Below are positions 1 to 10,009 of a stretch of 64,000 bases of DNA, one piece after another; positions within the stretch are counted from its first letter, which is position 1; the number at the start of each line of letters is the position of its first letter. Under the pieces are notes generated by a model. It was given only the letters and a program-made list of their open reading frames with translations, did no database searches and was not told the DNA's origin. This stretch comes from a virus. The stretch is from the IMG/VR virus record IMGVR_UViG_3300042508_000910; one strand, 5' to 3'. The translations under genes and the position numbers were made by a program.

Positions 1-996
1 ATGATTTCAGCAGTTGATATTATATTTGGTCTTTGCTGGGGAGATGAAGGCAAAGGAAAAATCTCTGGAGCGTTAGCATCTAAGTATGATTACGTTTGTC
101 GTTGGAATGGTGGTCCAAATGCTGGGCATACAGTTTATCTAAATGATAAAAAATATAAAACACATCTAATACCTTCTGGAGTCTTTCATAATAAAAAATC
201 TATTATTGGTCCTAATTGTGTTATAAATATAGATAAATTTTTTGATGAGATAGATTACTTAAAAAGAGAAGGATTTGATACCTCTTTAATAAAAGTCAGT
301 CCAAAAACTCATATAATAACACAACGTCATATTGAATATGATCTAAAACATCTTAAACCAAAGTTAGGCACAACTGGACAAGGCATTGCCCCTGCTTATT
401 CAGACAAGATGCTTAGAATCGGTAAATTAGCAGGAAGCTATTTAGATAAAAAATATATTTGGGATGGAGAACTATCTGGAAATATTTTATGCGAGGGCGC
501 GCAAAGTTTTTGGTTAGATATAAATTATGGTGATTATCCTTATGTAACAAGTAGCGAAACATTACCTTATTCAGCTTGCTCTCTAGGTTTTTCGCCTAAA
601 CTAATTAGGGATATAATTGGGATTGCAAAAATTTATGATACAAAAAGCGGAGTTGATCCATTGTTTCCAGAATCTTTATGGGAAGATAAAGAGTTAGATC
701 AAATTATCGAGCTGGGTCAAGAATATGGATCTACAACTGGCAGAAAAAGGTTGGTTAATTGGTTGAGATTAAATCATTTGAAACAATCTATTAAGATCTC
801 TGGTACAAATAAATTAATAATAAACAAATGCGATATCTTGCAAAAGATGAATATATATAAAATAATACTAGACAATGAGAAAGATGGTCCAAATTTTATT
901 AAATTTATCAATTTCGAAACAATGCAACAATATATAACCGATCAATTAAAAGAATATTGTGAAGTAATTTTCTCTGGAGATAAAGAGAAAATATAA
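1..996 (+). CDS. purA: Adenylosuccinate synthetase (short form)
   Basis: WGDEGKGK P-loop with the catalytic Asp, plus GGPNAGHT, GTTGQGIAPAY, EGAQ and EYGSTTGRKR motifs. Confidence 0.93.
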   Translation: MISAVDIIFGLCWGDEGKGKISGALASKYDYVCRWNGGPNAGHTVYLNDKKYKTHLIPSGVFHNKKSIIGPNCVINIDKFFDEIDYLKREGFDTSLIKVSPKTHIITQRHIEYDLKHLKPKLGTTGQGIAPAYSDKMLRIGKLAGSYLDKKYIWDGELSGNILCEGAQSFWLDINYGDYPYVTSSETLPYSACSLGFSPKLIRDIIGIAKIYDTKSGVDPLFPESLWEDKELDQIIELGQEYGSTTGRKRLVNWLRLNHLKQSIKISGTNKLIINKCDILQKMNIYKIILDNEKDGPNFIKFINFETMQQYITDQLKEYCEVIFSGDKEKI

Positions 997-1008
997 TATA
1001 ATATTATT

Positions 1009-1287
1009 ATGAAGCAAATAGATACAGATTTTGTAAAAGATTTAATTAGGAAAGAACTAATCAAAGAGAAAAGAAATATGGATATTAATAATTCTACTTC
1101 TCTAGAAGATCTTAATTTAGATTCGTTTAGCCTTCTATCAATAGCCTCTGAGATTGAAGATAAATATTCTATATGGTTGATTAAAAATGCTCAACAAATA
1201 GAAGAGATGAAAGATGGTATGAGAACTTTTGGTGAATTTGTATCATTTTTAGAAAGCAAAATAAACGATGCAACAAGGGCCAAATAA
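1009..1287 (+). CDS. Acyl carrier protein-like (phosphopantetheine-binding)
   Basis: 92 aa, acidic; LEDLNLDSFSLLSIASEIEDKYSI resembles the ACP L.DLG.DSL...E.E..F.I signature with the conserved Ser. Confidence 0.75.
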   Translation: MKQIDTDFVKDLIRKELIKEKRNMDINNSTSLEDLNLDSFSLLSIASEIEDKYSIWLIKNAQQIEEMKDGMRTFGEFVSFLESKINDATRAK

Positions 1288-2243
1288 AGAGATTGCAAAA
1301 GAAAGATTGTATGAGATGGCTAGATTCTTTGGCAAAGCTAAAGATGATTTAAAATTGAATCAATTAATTGATATATATTATCAAAGATTAGACACAATGC
1401 CTATGCCTAATCTTAGAAAAGATAATACAAATTATGTTCTTGATTGGATGAAAGAAATGGAAATAGATGATGTAATCAATGAAAGTAAATGGTGGACACG
1501 CAATTCTTTATTTGTTGCAGAAGCTAGTCTGCATGGTTGGACAAAGAATGAATGGAAAAATTTAGTGGAGTACATAGTCAATGGCTAAAGCAAAAAAAAT
1601 AAAATCAACAAAAAAGAAAAAATATTATCTTCTAATTTCTAAAAAAGATAATTTTCAATATGGTGTTTTTCCTTACAGTAAAGATGGCTTAGAAAAAGCT
1701 AGATCTTATCTAAAAAAGATAACTACAAAGCCAGAGCTATATTCAATTAAGTCTAAATGAATAGTGTAATACATTCTATGAGCAATATAGAAGAGGCTCT
1801 AGTTCTGTGTTCTGAATTCACAAATCAATATGGAATAAGTGTTCACGAAGATAGAGTCATAGGGGCATATATAGAAAAGAAGTATTTAAATGAACTATCT
1901 CAAATCATGGATCGCAAAGGGTTCTGTTTAAGATATTTTGAAGCTCATGGCAAAGAAGTTCTAGTAGAATTTGCCCCAAGAAAAATTAAAGATGAGTAAA
2001 GAAAAAGATCTTGTAGATAAGGCTTTACTCGCTATCAATTCATCTGCATTTTTGGAAGAATTAGCGGAGATAGAGTTCTCTAAAATGGACAAGTTAAATA
2101 ATTTGCCTTGGTCAGAAGAAAATGAAAAAGCTATACAAGAAACAACAAAAAAAATAAAAACACTTTTACAAAAAAGTGAGCTAGAATTAAATAATCTTTC
2201 TCAGATTGAATCTGAAATAAACCAATTTATAAAGAATAAAAAA

Positions 2244-2280
2244 CCCCGCAAGCCCTAAGACCTGCGGGGCTTTCTATTTT
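2244..2280. terminator. Probable bidirectional intrinsic terminator
   Basis: CCCCGCA...TGCGGGG hairpin flanked by A and T tracts between convergent genes. Confidence 0.65.
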
Positions 2281-2617
2281 ATTTTATAGTTATCTTATAG
2301 GATTTGGTATTTGAATTAAAATTCAAAGTCAAAAGTCCATCTTCGTGAGATGCCTTTACATTATCTGTATTAACATCTTTTGGAAGATAATAATTTTGCT
2401 CAAATTTTATTTCAGCCTTTTCACCTCGATGAGCCTTAACCTTAAGGATTCCCTTTTCAATATTGACCTCAATGTTTTCCTTTTTGAAGCCAGCTAATGG
2501 AACCTCAAGTTTATACCCATTTTCGGTTTTTTGAAGATGAGTATACCATTCTTCATTAAACCAATCATCTAATAGATTATTTGGTTTAAATACATTATTT
2601 CTTAGACTTAATGTCAT
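2279..2617 (-). CDS. Small heat-shock protein Hsp20/IbpA family
   Basis: YKLEVPLAGFKKENIEV...GILKV...A.HEDGLLTL alpha-crystallin pattern; start moved to ATG 2617, which follows an AAGGAG Shine-Dalgarno. Confidence 0.88.
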   Translation of the reverse strand: MTLSLRNNVFKPNNLLDDWFNEEWYTHLQKTENGYKLEVPLAGFKKENIEVNIEKGILKVKAHRGEKAEIKFEQNYYLPKDVNTDNVKASHEDGLLTLNFNSNTKSYKITIK

Positions 2618-2646
2618 ATTTGTATCTCCTTTCATACAAAATATAA

Positions 2647-2662
2647 TGCAAGTTTCATGCCA
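2647..2662 (-). promoter_or_regulatory. sigma54 (-24/-12) promoter of hsp20
   Basis: Minus strand TGGCATGAAACTTGCA vs consensus TGGCACGnnnnTTGCW; two upstream palindromes at 2691-2707 and 2725-2741. Confidence 0.7.
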
Positions 2663-2963
2663 ACTTTTTCTTCTGTAGATATTGTATTTATGAGTCAAAT
2701 TGTCGCAAATATATTTTAAATACTCTTGACATAATGTCTCATTAAACTTGTTGTGTAATAAAAGATGTGAGTAAACCTAAATATAAAATTGGAGACTATG
2801 TAAAGTTTTTTTGTAAATATAAAAATGAGATTGTATCAGGTGAAATTATTAACATAAGACAAGCTAACTTAAATTGGGATTATAAAGTAAGATATCAAAT
2901 ATATACAGATCTAGAATATATACAATGGATAACTGAAAAAGATATTGTATAATATATAATACA

Positions 2964-3377
2964 ATGTTGCCAGACTTATCAAAGCTACCATTTGAGAGAT
3001 TTGAATGGATTACTCAAGCTCCAAATTTAGATAACAAGGTATTATTCGTAGAATTTTTTGCTACTTGGTGTCCTCCATGCCAAACCGCAGTCTCACATTT
3101 AAACAAGATATATAACACATATAAGAATGTAGGAGTTGAAGTTGTGGGAATTTGCGATGAAGAAAAGGAAGATATAGAAAAATTTATAAAAGATTATAAT
3201 ATTAACTATAATATTGCTATAACTTATTATGAGGATTTTAAAGAGTATTTTGATCAAATTCCTTATTTAATATTAGTATCTAGAGATAGACAAATGTATT
3301 GGAAAGGATTTCCATTAGCTATAACTGATCAAGAAATTCAATCATTTATTGCAAATAAAAACATTTTGCCAGAATAG
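2964..3377 (+). CDS. TlpA/thioredoxin-like disulfide reductase
   Basis: VEFFATWCPPC redox motif. Confidence 0.88.
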   Translation: MLPDLSKLPFERFEWITQAPNLDNKVLFVEFFATWCPPCQTAVSHLNKIYNTYKNVGVEVVGICDEEKEDIEKFIKDYNINYNIAITYYEDFKEYFDQIPYLILVSRDRQMYWKGFPLAITDQEIQSFIANKNILPE

Positions 3378-3439
3378 CACAGCGGTAGTGCAACGGTTTT
3401 GTAAACCGTAGGTCATCGGTTCGAATCCGATTTCTGGCT
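3368..3439 (+). tRNA. tRNA-Thr(UGU)
   Basis: Acceptor GCCAGAA/TTCTGGC, anticodon arm ACGGT-TTTGTAA-ACCGT, T-loop TTCGAAT; overlaps the last 10 nt of the TlpA CDS. Confidence 0.92.
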
Positions 3440-4356
3440 CAGATTTTATGAGATATAAAATATACGATATAATATATAAACAACCTAACGGAATAATAAA
3501 TGGAGTTTTACCTACTGTAATCTATGCTGATTTAAGCAAGTATTATGCAGATCGTGGCTTTGGACATTTAAATTCAAAAGTATATCAAGCTGTAAAAGAT
3601 ATTACAGGATTTGAAATTACTAGCTGTAAAGCCACAATGATTTCTAGATATCCAGGGTCAAAATAACTTGACAATATTTTTATATATTGATAACATTTAT
3701 ATATGAAGCACTTGGTCTCCTTATTTTTATATTATTTAGGCGATATGATTAGCAGAACTACTATGCTTTGGGGAAATGGTTTTGGCTATTCAATCTATAG
3801 ACAAGTTATGCTATGGAGTTGCGACTTAGATGTTGAAGGTAGAATTTGGAAATATGTAAAACCTAAATCTAAAAGGAAAAAGAAAAAATGATCACACTAA
3901 AAGATATCTCCAATTTAAAATTAAGCAAGAAGCAAAGAAAGAAGCTCCTAGCAAAAGGAAAATTAAGAGATCCTTTTGAAATATGGGTAGATCATCATAA
4001 TCATAAACTAGAAATTATCAGAACTTGTAGCAGCCTAATCGGTGCTATTGTTTCTTCTATAGTTATGCTAAAAGTATTTGGAGTATTATAAATGTTAAAA
4101 AAGATATTAGATTTTATAGATGGTGTTTTCCTAGTCAAAGAAGAAGATTTAAGACTAGGTACTCTATATAAAATTAAAGGCGAAGAACTTCCATTTAGAT
4201 ATATACAATATAGCCATTTAAAAAATGCACATAAAAAGACTTTTCATTTTAAACATCACCAATTAAAAGAATATATTTTCAATGATTTATCTAAAGTGGA
4301 GAGGGAAGCAACACCAGAAGAAGTTAGAGTCTACAACTTGATTAAGGAACATATAA

Positions 4357-4971
4357 ATGAAATCGCAAATAAAACCGCTCACACTTACCATAATTAATGG
4401 TTCTATTGGTGGAAAGAATGGCAATACAGGATCTTTAATCAAAAAGATTCGTAAAAAAATTAATCGTATTGATTCAAATATAAAGATAAAGATTATACAT
4501 CTTCATAAAGATTTTTATTGGCCTAAAGTTAGGCATATCATCAGAGAAAGTGATGCGCTTATTTTTTGCACAGGAACATATTGGGATAGCTGGGGTTCAA
4601 ATATGCAACAACTTTTTGAAAAGATGACTGAGATCGAAGGTAAAAAACATCTTCTTGGAAAACCAGCAGGAGTAATTGTCACCATGCATTCTGTTGGAGG
4701 AAAAGAAGTTGCTTCGCGTATGCAAGGAGTTCTTTGTTCAATGGGATGTGTTCTTCCTCCATTTTCAGCTTTTGCATACAGCTATGCAGATCATGTCGCT
4801 CATCAATCAAGATATCTTGGCAAGAAACTACTTGATGATGTTTGGCATATTGAAGATCTTCAAGCATTTCTATCTAACATAATTAGTTATACAAAAGGAA
4901 ATAAAGATTGGAAAGTTTGGGATTATCTAGATACAGAAGCCTATAATCCTACATCTGTATGGCTAAAGTAA
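4357..4971 (+). CDS. Flavodoxin-like NAD(P)H-dependent FMN reductase
   Basis: IINGS...GNT, ESDALIFCTGTYW and GKPAGVIVT motifs. Confidence 0.75.
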   Translation: MKSQIKPLTLTIINGSIGGKNGNTGSLIKKIRKKINRIDSNIKIKIIHLHKDFYWPKVRHIIRESDALIFCTGTYWDSWGSNMQQLFEKMTEIEGKKHLLGKPAGVIVTMHSVGGKEVASRMQGVLCSMGCVLPPFSAFAYSYADHVAHQSRYLGKKLLDDVWHIEDLQAFLSNIISYTKGNKDWKVWDYLDTEAYNPTSVWLK

Positions 4972-4977
4972 ATTTAT

Positions 4978-5049
4978 TCCCAAATAGCTCAACGGTAGAG
5001 CGTCTCGCTGTTAACGAGAGGGTTCTAGGTTCGAATCCTAGTTTGGGAG
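4978..5049 (+). tRNA. tRNA-Asn(GUU)
   Basis: TCCCAAA/TTTGGGA acceptor; TCTCG-CTGTTAA-CGAGA anticodon arm. Confidence 0.93.
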
Positions 5050-5053
5050 CATT

Positions 5054-5140
5054 GGTGCGATGGCTGAGTGGTCTAAAGCAGGAGTTTACTAAACTCTCGA
5101 TGGGTAAAACCATCCGTGGGTTCGAATCCTACTCGCACCG
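5054..5140 (+). tRNA. tRNA-Ser with rare ACU anticodon
   Basis: GGTGCGA/TCGCACC acceptor, G73, long variable arm GATGG-GTAAAA-CCATC, anticodon arm GGAGT-TTACTAA-ACTCT. Confidence 0.85.
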
Positions 5141-5160
5141 AGATTTACGAATGAAAATGA

Positions 5161-5305
5161 GCCAAATATATTTCGTATTTGCTAACAAAAAAATGCCAAA
5201 TATAATATCATATTTGCTAACAGGATTTTTGCAAATAAAGTCCTATTTACGAACACTAAACTCCCAAATAAGGAGCCATATTTGTGAGCGATAAAACGCC
5301 AAATA
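5161..5305. repeat. Degenerate ~34-bp tandem repeat of CAAATA-N6-8-TATTTG palindromes
   Basis: CAAATA at 5163, 5197, 5232, 5265 and 5300; the first four are followed by TATTT(G/A). Confidence 0.6.
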
Positions 5306-5456
5306 ATCAAGCTGGAAAAGGCGACTCGCCTCGAAATTGTTTCTCTCATAGGTTTAAAGAAAACTATGATAGTATAAAATGGTCAGAGGATAACAATAAG
5401 TCGTTGATTAAAAAAGAATTAAAAAAACAAAATGGTTCATCTACATACATTTACAA

Positions 5457-5858
5457 ATGACGGACTTCAAAAGAGCTTTAGAGAATCGTGCAAGTTCTTC
5501 TTACATAGCAGAATACTCTGCTCCAAAGATTGAGCTTGCGGATCTTGATAAGCTACAACAAGTTAGACATATAAATCTAAATAAAAAAATAGAAACCAGA
5601 CTCCAAGAGATTAAAGCAGAATATGATGCGTTGGTTTCTCTGCACGAATGGAATAGTTTTGTGGATACTTTTGAGTGCAGAATAGAATGTATTATAGGTC
5701 AAGATTATTATTTATACGAAGCAGAAGAAGGCAGAAGATTTTTGTCTCTTATTGAGCCAGAAAGATTTACAATGAAATATAAGTTTCACGGCACGACAAG
5801 AATGAATAGTTTTGGATTTTTTGAGAAGGTAGATATTGACAAAATTGACAATAGTTAA
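5457..5858 (+). CDS. DUF2452-like protein
   Basis: IIGQDYYLYE...FLSLIEP pattern recalled for this family. Confidence 0.55.
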   Translation: MTDFKRALENRASSSYIAEYSAPKIELADLDKLQQVRHINLNKKIETRLQEIKAEYDALVSLHEWNSFVDTFECRIECIIGQDYYLYEAEEGRRFLSLIEPERFTMKYKFHGTTRMNSFGFFEKVDIDKIDNS

Positions 5859-5870
5859 TATATTCAAATA

Positions 5871-6764
5871 ATGAGAAAAGGAATATGCTGTATCGTCTTA
5901 TCTCTAGAGGAGCAAGATGCTCCCAAGAAGTTTAAGACAATGACATATAAAAGATTCTCTCAACTTCTTAGAGAGGAAGCATTGAGAGAGTTGTCCTCTC
6001 GTATTCTTAACAATATGGATGTCACATATCACGCTATTAAATATTGTGCGGATAATGGACACGCATATAGATTATCTTCTGACTTGTTTCCTCTTATTAC
6101 TTATGATAAGGCGAATGTATCACTACAAGATTTACCAGACTATAATCTAATACTAGATCAATTTAATAAGATCAAATCTTTAATTCAATCTACTAATGTT
6201 AGAGTTTCTTGTCATCCTTCTGAATTTAATGTTCTTGCTAGTGACAATCAAAATGCAGTAGATAAGACAATCAAAGAATTAAACTTCTATGGTTGGTTTA
6301 TGACTCAAATTGGTTGCCCACTAAACTATAACTCGCCTATGAATATGCACATACATAATTCCAAGGGTGATCTAAACGATATAGTTAAAAAGTTTATGAG
6401 CAACTTTGATAAATTATCAGAGGATGTTAAGACAAGATTAGTTATAGAAAATGATGATAAAGATTCTTGCTGGTCTATCAAAAAACTTATGAAACATTTT
6501 CATTCTGTCACAGCTATACCAATTACTTTCGATTATCTTCATCACAAGTGTCATCCAGATGGATTAACCGAGAAGCAAGCCTTTGAGTTGGCTTATTCTA
6601 CTTGGAATACTACTCCGTTGTTTCATTATTCAGAAAGTATTGAAGGACACAAGAATCCACGCAAACACGCTGACTATGCAACTCGCATACCAGATTCATA
6701 CGGATTAAATGTAGATGTAGATTTTGAATTAAAAATGAAGGAAAAATCTTTCGCTAAATTATGA
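5871..6764 (+). CDS. uvsE: UV-damage endonuclease
   Basis: YRLSSDLFP, RVSCHP, IENDDK, FDYLHH, HYSES, HADY and ELKMKE motifs. Confidence 0.93.
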   Translation: MRKGICCIVLSLEEQDAPKKFKTMTYKRFSQLLREEALRELSSRILNNMDVTYHAIKYCADNGHAYRLSSDLFPLITYDKANVSLQDLPDYNLILDQFNKIKSLIQSTNVRVSCHPSEFNVLASDNQNAVDKTIKELNFYGWFMTQIGCPLNYNSPMNMHIHNSKGDLNDIVKKFMSNFDKLSEDVKTRLVIENDDKDSCWSIKKLMKHFHSVTAIPITFDYLHHKCHPDGLTEKQAFELAYSTWNTTPLFHYSESIEGHKNPRKHADYATRIPDSYGLNVDVDFELKMKEKSFAKL

Positions 6765-7141
6765 GTAAAGGAAGAAAGCGTAAGCCCTTCACAAAACTTT
6801 TAAGGAATGTTCAAAACTCTGGCTCAAGAGCTAGAGCTATGACTAAAAAAAGATTAGGCGAGTATATCAAGATTGAGATTAATGAAAATGATCTTGAGGA
6901 ATTATGGAATAAACAAAGTGCAAAATGTTTTTGGCTAGATATTACTTTAAAATTAGATTGGCTTTATGAAAACTGGCATCCTCTTGCTCCTAGCGTAGAT
7001 AGACTAGATGAAACTAAAGGATATGTCAAGGACAATATCGTTATATCATCTAGATTAGCAAATTTAGGCAGATTAAAGTATGATACAGAAAAGTATAAAG
7101 ATGTTATGAAATATGTCAAAGGGCAAATAAATGAGATTTAA
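6761..7141 (+). CDS. Putative HNH-like endonuclease
   Basis: PSVDRLDETKGYVKDNIVI...N motif typical of phage HNH-derived proteins. Confidence 0.55.
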   Translation: MSKGRKRKPFTKLLRNVQNSGSRARAMTKKRLGEYIKIEINENDLEELWNKQSAKCFWLDITLKLDWLYENWHPLAPSVDRLDETKGYVKDNIVISSRLANLGRLKYDTEKYKDVMKYVKGQINEI

Positions 7142-7406
7142 TTTAGATCACGAATATTTTTTAAAGAATGTAAAAAGATTACCAGAAGATTATAAGCCTT
7201 TTGGAGAAGTAGAAAGATGGGCAAATCCAGAATCAGAGTATCCAGATTGTTCTATGGGATGCAAATATTATGCTCCTTTACAGGGAAAACTTGGAAGCGA
7301 TTGGGGAGTATGTCTTAACTCTGATAGTCATAGATATGGATTATTGACCTTTGAACACCAAGGATGCCAAAAATTTGTATTTGACAAAAAAGAAGATTTA
7401 GTATAA
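7131..7406 (+). CDS. DUF3027-like Cys-rich protein
   Basis: CSMGCKYYAPLQGKLGSDWGVC...EHQGC. Confidence 0.55.
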   Translation: MRFNLDHEYFLKNVKRLPEDYKPFGEVERWANPESEYPDCSMGCKYYAPLQGKLGSDWGVCLNSDSHRYGLLTFEHQGCQKFVFDKKEDLV

Positions 7407-7416
7407 TATATAGTAT

Positions 7417-8085
7417 ATGGGATTATTTAATTATATCCGAGTAGAGCAAGAACTTCCTCTTGATGCTACATTAAAGACGCTAAATCGTAATTGGCGAAAT
7501 GAGGAATTTCAGACAAAAGAGATAGAAGAAAATTGTCTTTCTACTTATATTTTAAGAGATAATAAATTATATGAAGAAGTAATCGAAGGTCATTACGAGG
7601 ATAAGACCAAAGAAGAAATACAGGAAGATAATAAAAAATATAACGGATGGATTAGAATTCCTTCACTTCATAATCAAAAGTGGGTAGTTGATAAAAAATA
7701 TGAGAAGTTTCGTGAGGATTATACTGGCAGTTTTGTTTTTGGGTGTGTTGTGAATGGTGATAGTATTGATGCCACCGATTTCTTTCCAGATTGGAAAGCT
7801 GTTGTAGTTGATGGCGTGGTAAAAACTCTTACAATTCTTCCAGAATATAACAAATATTCTAGTAAAGATAGAATTGAAAATCAATTAAAGTGGGAAGCAG
7901 AGACTATGCTTCACGAAAAGAAAATGCGTTGTCCAGTTTATAAATTTTATTTTAATTATTATGTGCGTGTTGTAGAAAATCTTGGATGGAGACTAACGAG
8001 ACTTTGCACGAAATTAATCAATGCTCTTAATTGGCTTAACTGGCGTGGTATTAGATTTATTGTTAAAGTTTTGACTCCTAGATGA
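7417..8085 (+). CDS. Hypothetical phage protein
   Basis: 222-aa ORF with its own TTGACA promoter; MGLFNYI...EFQTKE N-terminus. Confidence 0.7.
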   Translation: MGLFNYIRVEQELPLDATLKTLNRNWRNEEFQTKEIEENCLSTYILRDNKLYEEVIEGHYEDKTKEEIQEDNKKYNGWIRIPSLHNQKWVVDKKYEKFREDYTGSFVFGCVVNGDSIDATDFFPDWKAVVVDGVVKTLTILPEYNKYSSKDRIENQLKWEAETMLHEKKMRCPVYKFYFNYYVRVVENLGWRLTRLCTKLINALNWLNWRGIRFIVKVLTPR

Positions 8086-8702
8086 AAAAAACAAATAAAA
8101 ACGCTTGTTCTATTACTAGGCTTTGGCCTACTTTAGAAGATATGAAGAAAGATATATTCATAGATTTGGATAAACAAGAAGTCACAAAACTTTCTACTGG
8201 AAGAATATGCAAAAAAACACTATCAATAACTAATAAAGAAAGAGATGAAAAATATTTTTATATAGGTTTTAGTTTTAATGGAAAATCTTTTAATTTCAGA
8301 TTGCATAGATTATTTTTTTATTGGAAGTATGGTTATTTACCTAAAATTGTAGATCACATAGACACAAACTCATTAAATAATGATATAAATAATTTAAGAG
8401 AGATCAACGATCAAGGTAGTTCAAGAAATACAAAAAAGATGAAAAATACAAAAAGAAAGCTCACATCAAAATACAAAGGTGTATCTAAAATAAAAGAAAA
8501 ATGGAGGGCAAGAATTAGGAATTTAAATGACAAAAAAGACATTTGGTTAGGGTTATTTTCTAGTGAAGATGATGCTGGTCAAGCGTATAATGACGCAATA
8601 AGGAAATATGGTTTAGAAGAAGTATCGGTATTGAATGATACTCCTCAAGAAAGAGCCAGAAAGATAAATTTATTTAATGAAGAAAAACTCTCATACTCTT
8701 AA
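8082..8702 (+). CDS. HNH homing endonuclease with AP2 domain
   Basis: LHRL...VDHIDTNSLNNDINNLR plus SKYKGV...WRARI...WLGLF...AGQAYN. Confidence 0.88.
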   Translation: MKKTNKNACSITRLWPTLEDMKKDIFIDLDKQEVTKLSTGRICKKTLSITNKERDEKYFYIGFSFNGKSFNFRLHRLFFYWKYGYLPKIVDHIDTNSLNNDINNLREINDQGSSRNTKKMKNTKRKLTSKYKGVSKIKEKWRARIRNLNDKKDIWLGLFSSEDDAGQAYNDAIRKYGLEEVSVLNDTPQERARKINLFNEEKLSYS

Positions 8703-8868
8703 AGTAAAAGAAAAAGATGGCTATTTGTATGTTGAATTGCCAAATTCTTTAATAAAAAAGATGGGTTGGAAAATCGGTGATACAATAGATTGGCACGATA
8801 ATAAAGACGGAACTTGGAGTTTGCTTAAAGTTGCAACTCCTTCTAAATCAAAAAAAAACAAAATTTGA
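8677..8868 (+). CDS. AbrB/MazE/SpoVT-like DNA-binding protein
   Basis: YVELPNSLIKKMGWKIGDTIDW. Confidence 0.7.
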   Translation: MKKNSHTLKVKEKDGYLYVELPNSLIKKMGWKIGDTIDWHDNKDGTWSLLKVATPSKSKKNKI

Positions 8869-8899
8869 CAAGTTGGCTAGTCCAGTATAAACTGAGACT
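8865..8899 (+). promoter_or_regulatory. sigma70-type promoter with predicted leaderless start (representative of many)
   Basis: TTGACA-17-TAAACT-6 nt-ATG(8900), no Shine-Dalgarno. Confidence 0.75.
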
Positions 8900-10009
8900 A
8901 TGAAGCTACCTACAATTTATAAAAAGACAAAGACTGGCAAAGTCCAAGAGTGGACTATTGAAGTCAAAGGAAACCAATACCGCACGATCTCTGGTCATAC
9001 TGATGGTGAGAAGATTGTGAACGAATGGACAGATTGTGATGTAAAAAACGCTGGTCGTTCCAATGCTACAACTCCAGAAGAACAGGCTATCAAAGAAGCA
9101 GAAGCAAAGCGTAAGAAAAAGTTAGAGTCTGGTTATTTTGAATCTATTAAAAATATTAATAAAACTCAATACTTTGAACCAATGCTTGCACAAAAGTATG
9201 AAGATCACGAAATTGATTATCCAGTTTTAAGCCAACCGAAACTAGATGGTATTCGTTGCATTGTCACAAAAGATGGTATGTTCAGCAGAAATGGTAAGCC
9301 AATTTCTTCTGCTCCTCATATCAGAGAAAATCTAAATAAGTTTTTTAAAGATCATCCTAATGCAATTCTGGATGGTGAATTATATTGTGATAAGTTAGCT
9401 AATAACTTTAACAAGATTGTCTCCCTTGTTAAGAAATCCAAGCCTACTAGCGAAGATTTAAAAGAGAGCGAAGAAGTAATTGAATATTGGGTATATGATG
9501 CACCCAAGATTGGTATGCTTGACCAGAATGACACTTTCCTTGAGCGTTATAATCTTGTGAAAGATACTCTTTTCAAAAAGTTTAAGAGCATAAAGATCGT
9601 AGATACAATTAAGATTTCTAATGAGAAAGACTTAACAAATACATACGAGATGTATGTTGAACAAGGCTATGAGGGTCAAATGGTTAGGTTAAATCGAGCC
9701 TATGAAAATAAGCGTAGCAAGTTTCTTCTCAAAAGAAAAGAGTTTATGGATGAGGAGTTTAAAATTTTGGAAGTTGTTGAGGGTGAAGGCAATAGAAAAG
9801 GAACTGCTGGATATATGGTCTTTAAAAATAAACACGGCAGAACCTTTAAGAGCAACATCAAAGGAGACTTTGACTATCTGGCTCAACTACTTAAAGATAA
9901 AACTAAACTTGTAGGCAAGAAAGCTACCATAAAGTTTTTCAATTACACACCAGATGAAGTGCCAAGGTTTCCTTATGTGATTGCTATTGATAGAGATAGC
10001 TACGAATAA
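8900..10009 (+). CDS. ATP-dependent DNA ligase
   Basis: QPKLDGIRC, LDGELY, YEGQMVR, LLKRK and PRFP motifs. Confidence 0.93.
   Translation: MKLPTIYKKTKTGKVQEWTIEVKGNQYRTISGHTDGEKIVNEWTDCDVKNAGRSNATTPEEQAIKEAEAKRKKKLESGYFESIKNINKTQYFEPMLAQKYEDHEIDYPVLSQPKLDGIRCIVTKDGMFSRNGKPISSAPHIRENLNKFFKDHPNAILDGELYCDKLANNFNKIVSLVKKSKPTSEDLKESEEVIEYWVYDAPKIGMLDQNDTFLERYNLVKDTLFKKFKSIKIVDTIKISNEKDLTNTYEMYVEQGYEGQMVRLNRAYENKRSKFLLKRKEFMDEEFKILEVVEGEGNRKGTAGYMVFKNKHGRTFKSNIKGDFDYLAQLLKDKTKLVGKKATIKFFNYTPDEVPRFPYVIAIDRDSYE

Noticed and set aside
1-996. PurZ (2-aminoadenine Z-genome pathway), given the MazG-like gene at 25425
   Set aside because: The P-loop is GDEGKGK with Asp, as in PurA; PurZ has Ser at this position. 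The MazG gene is distant and generic.
5054-5140. Amber suppressor tRNA (CTA) or stop-codon recoding
   Set aside because: In the 7-nt loop TTACTAA positions 34-36 are ACT. Long genes are intact under the standard code, and TAG and TGA are used as normal stops.
4959-5294. 111-aa ORF
   Set aside because: It overlies two tRNA genes and the tandem repeat, so it is spurious.
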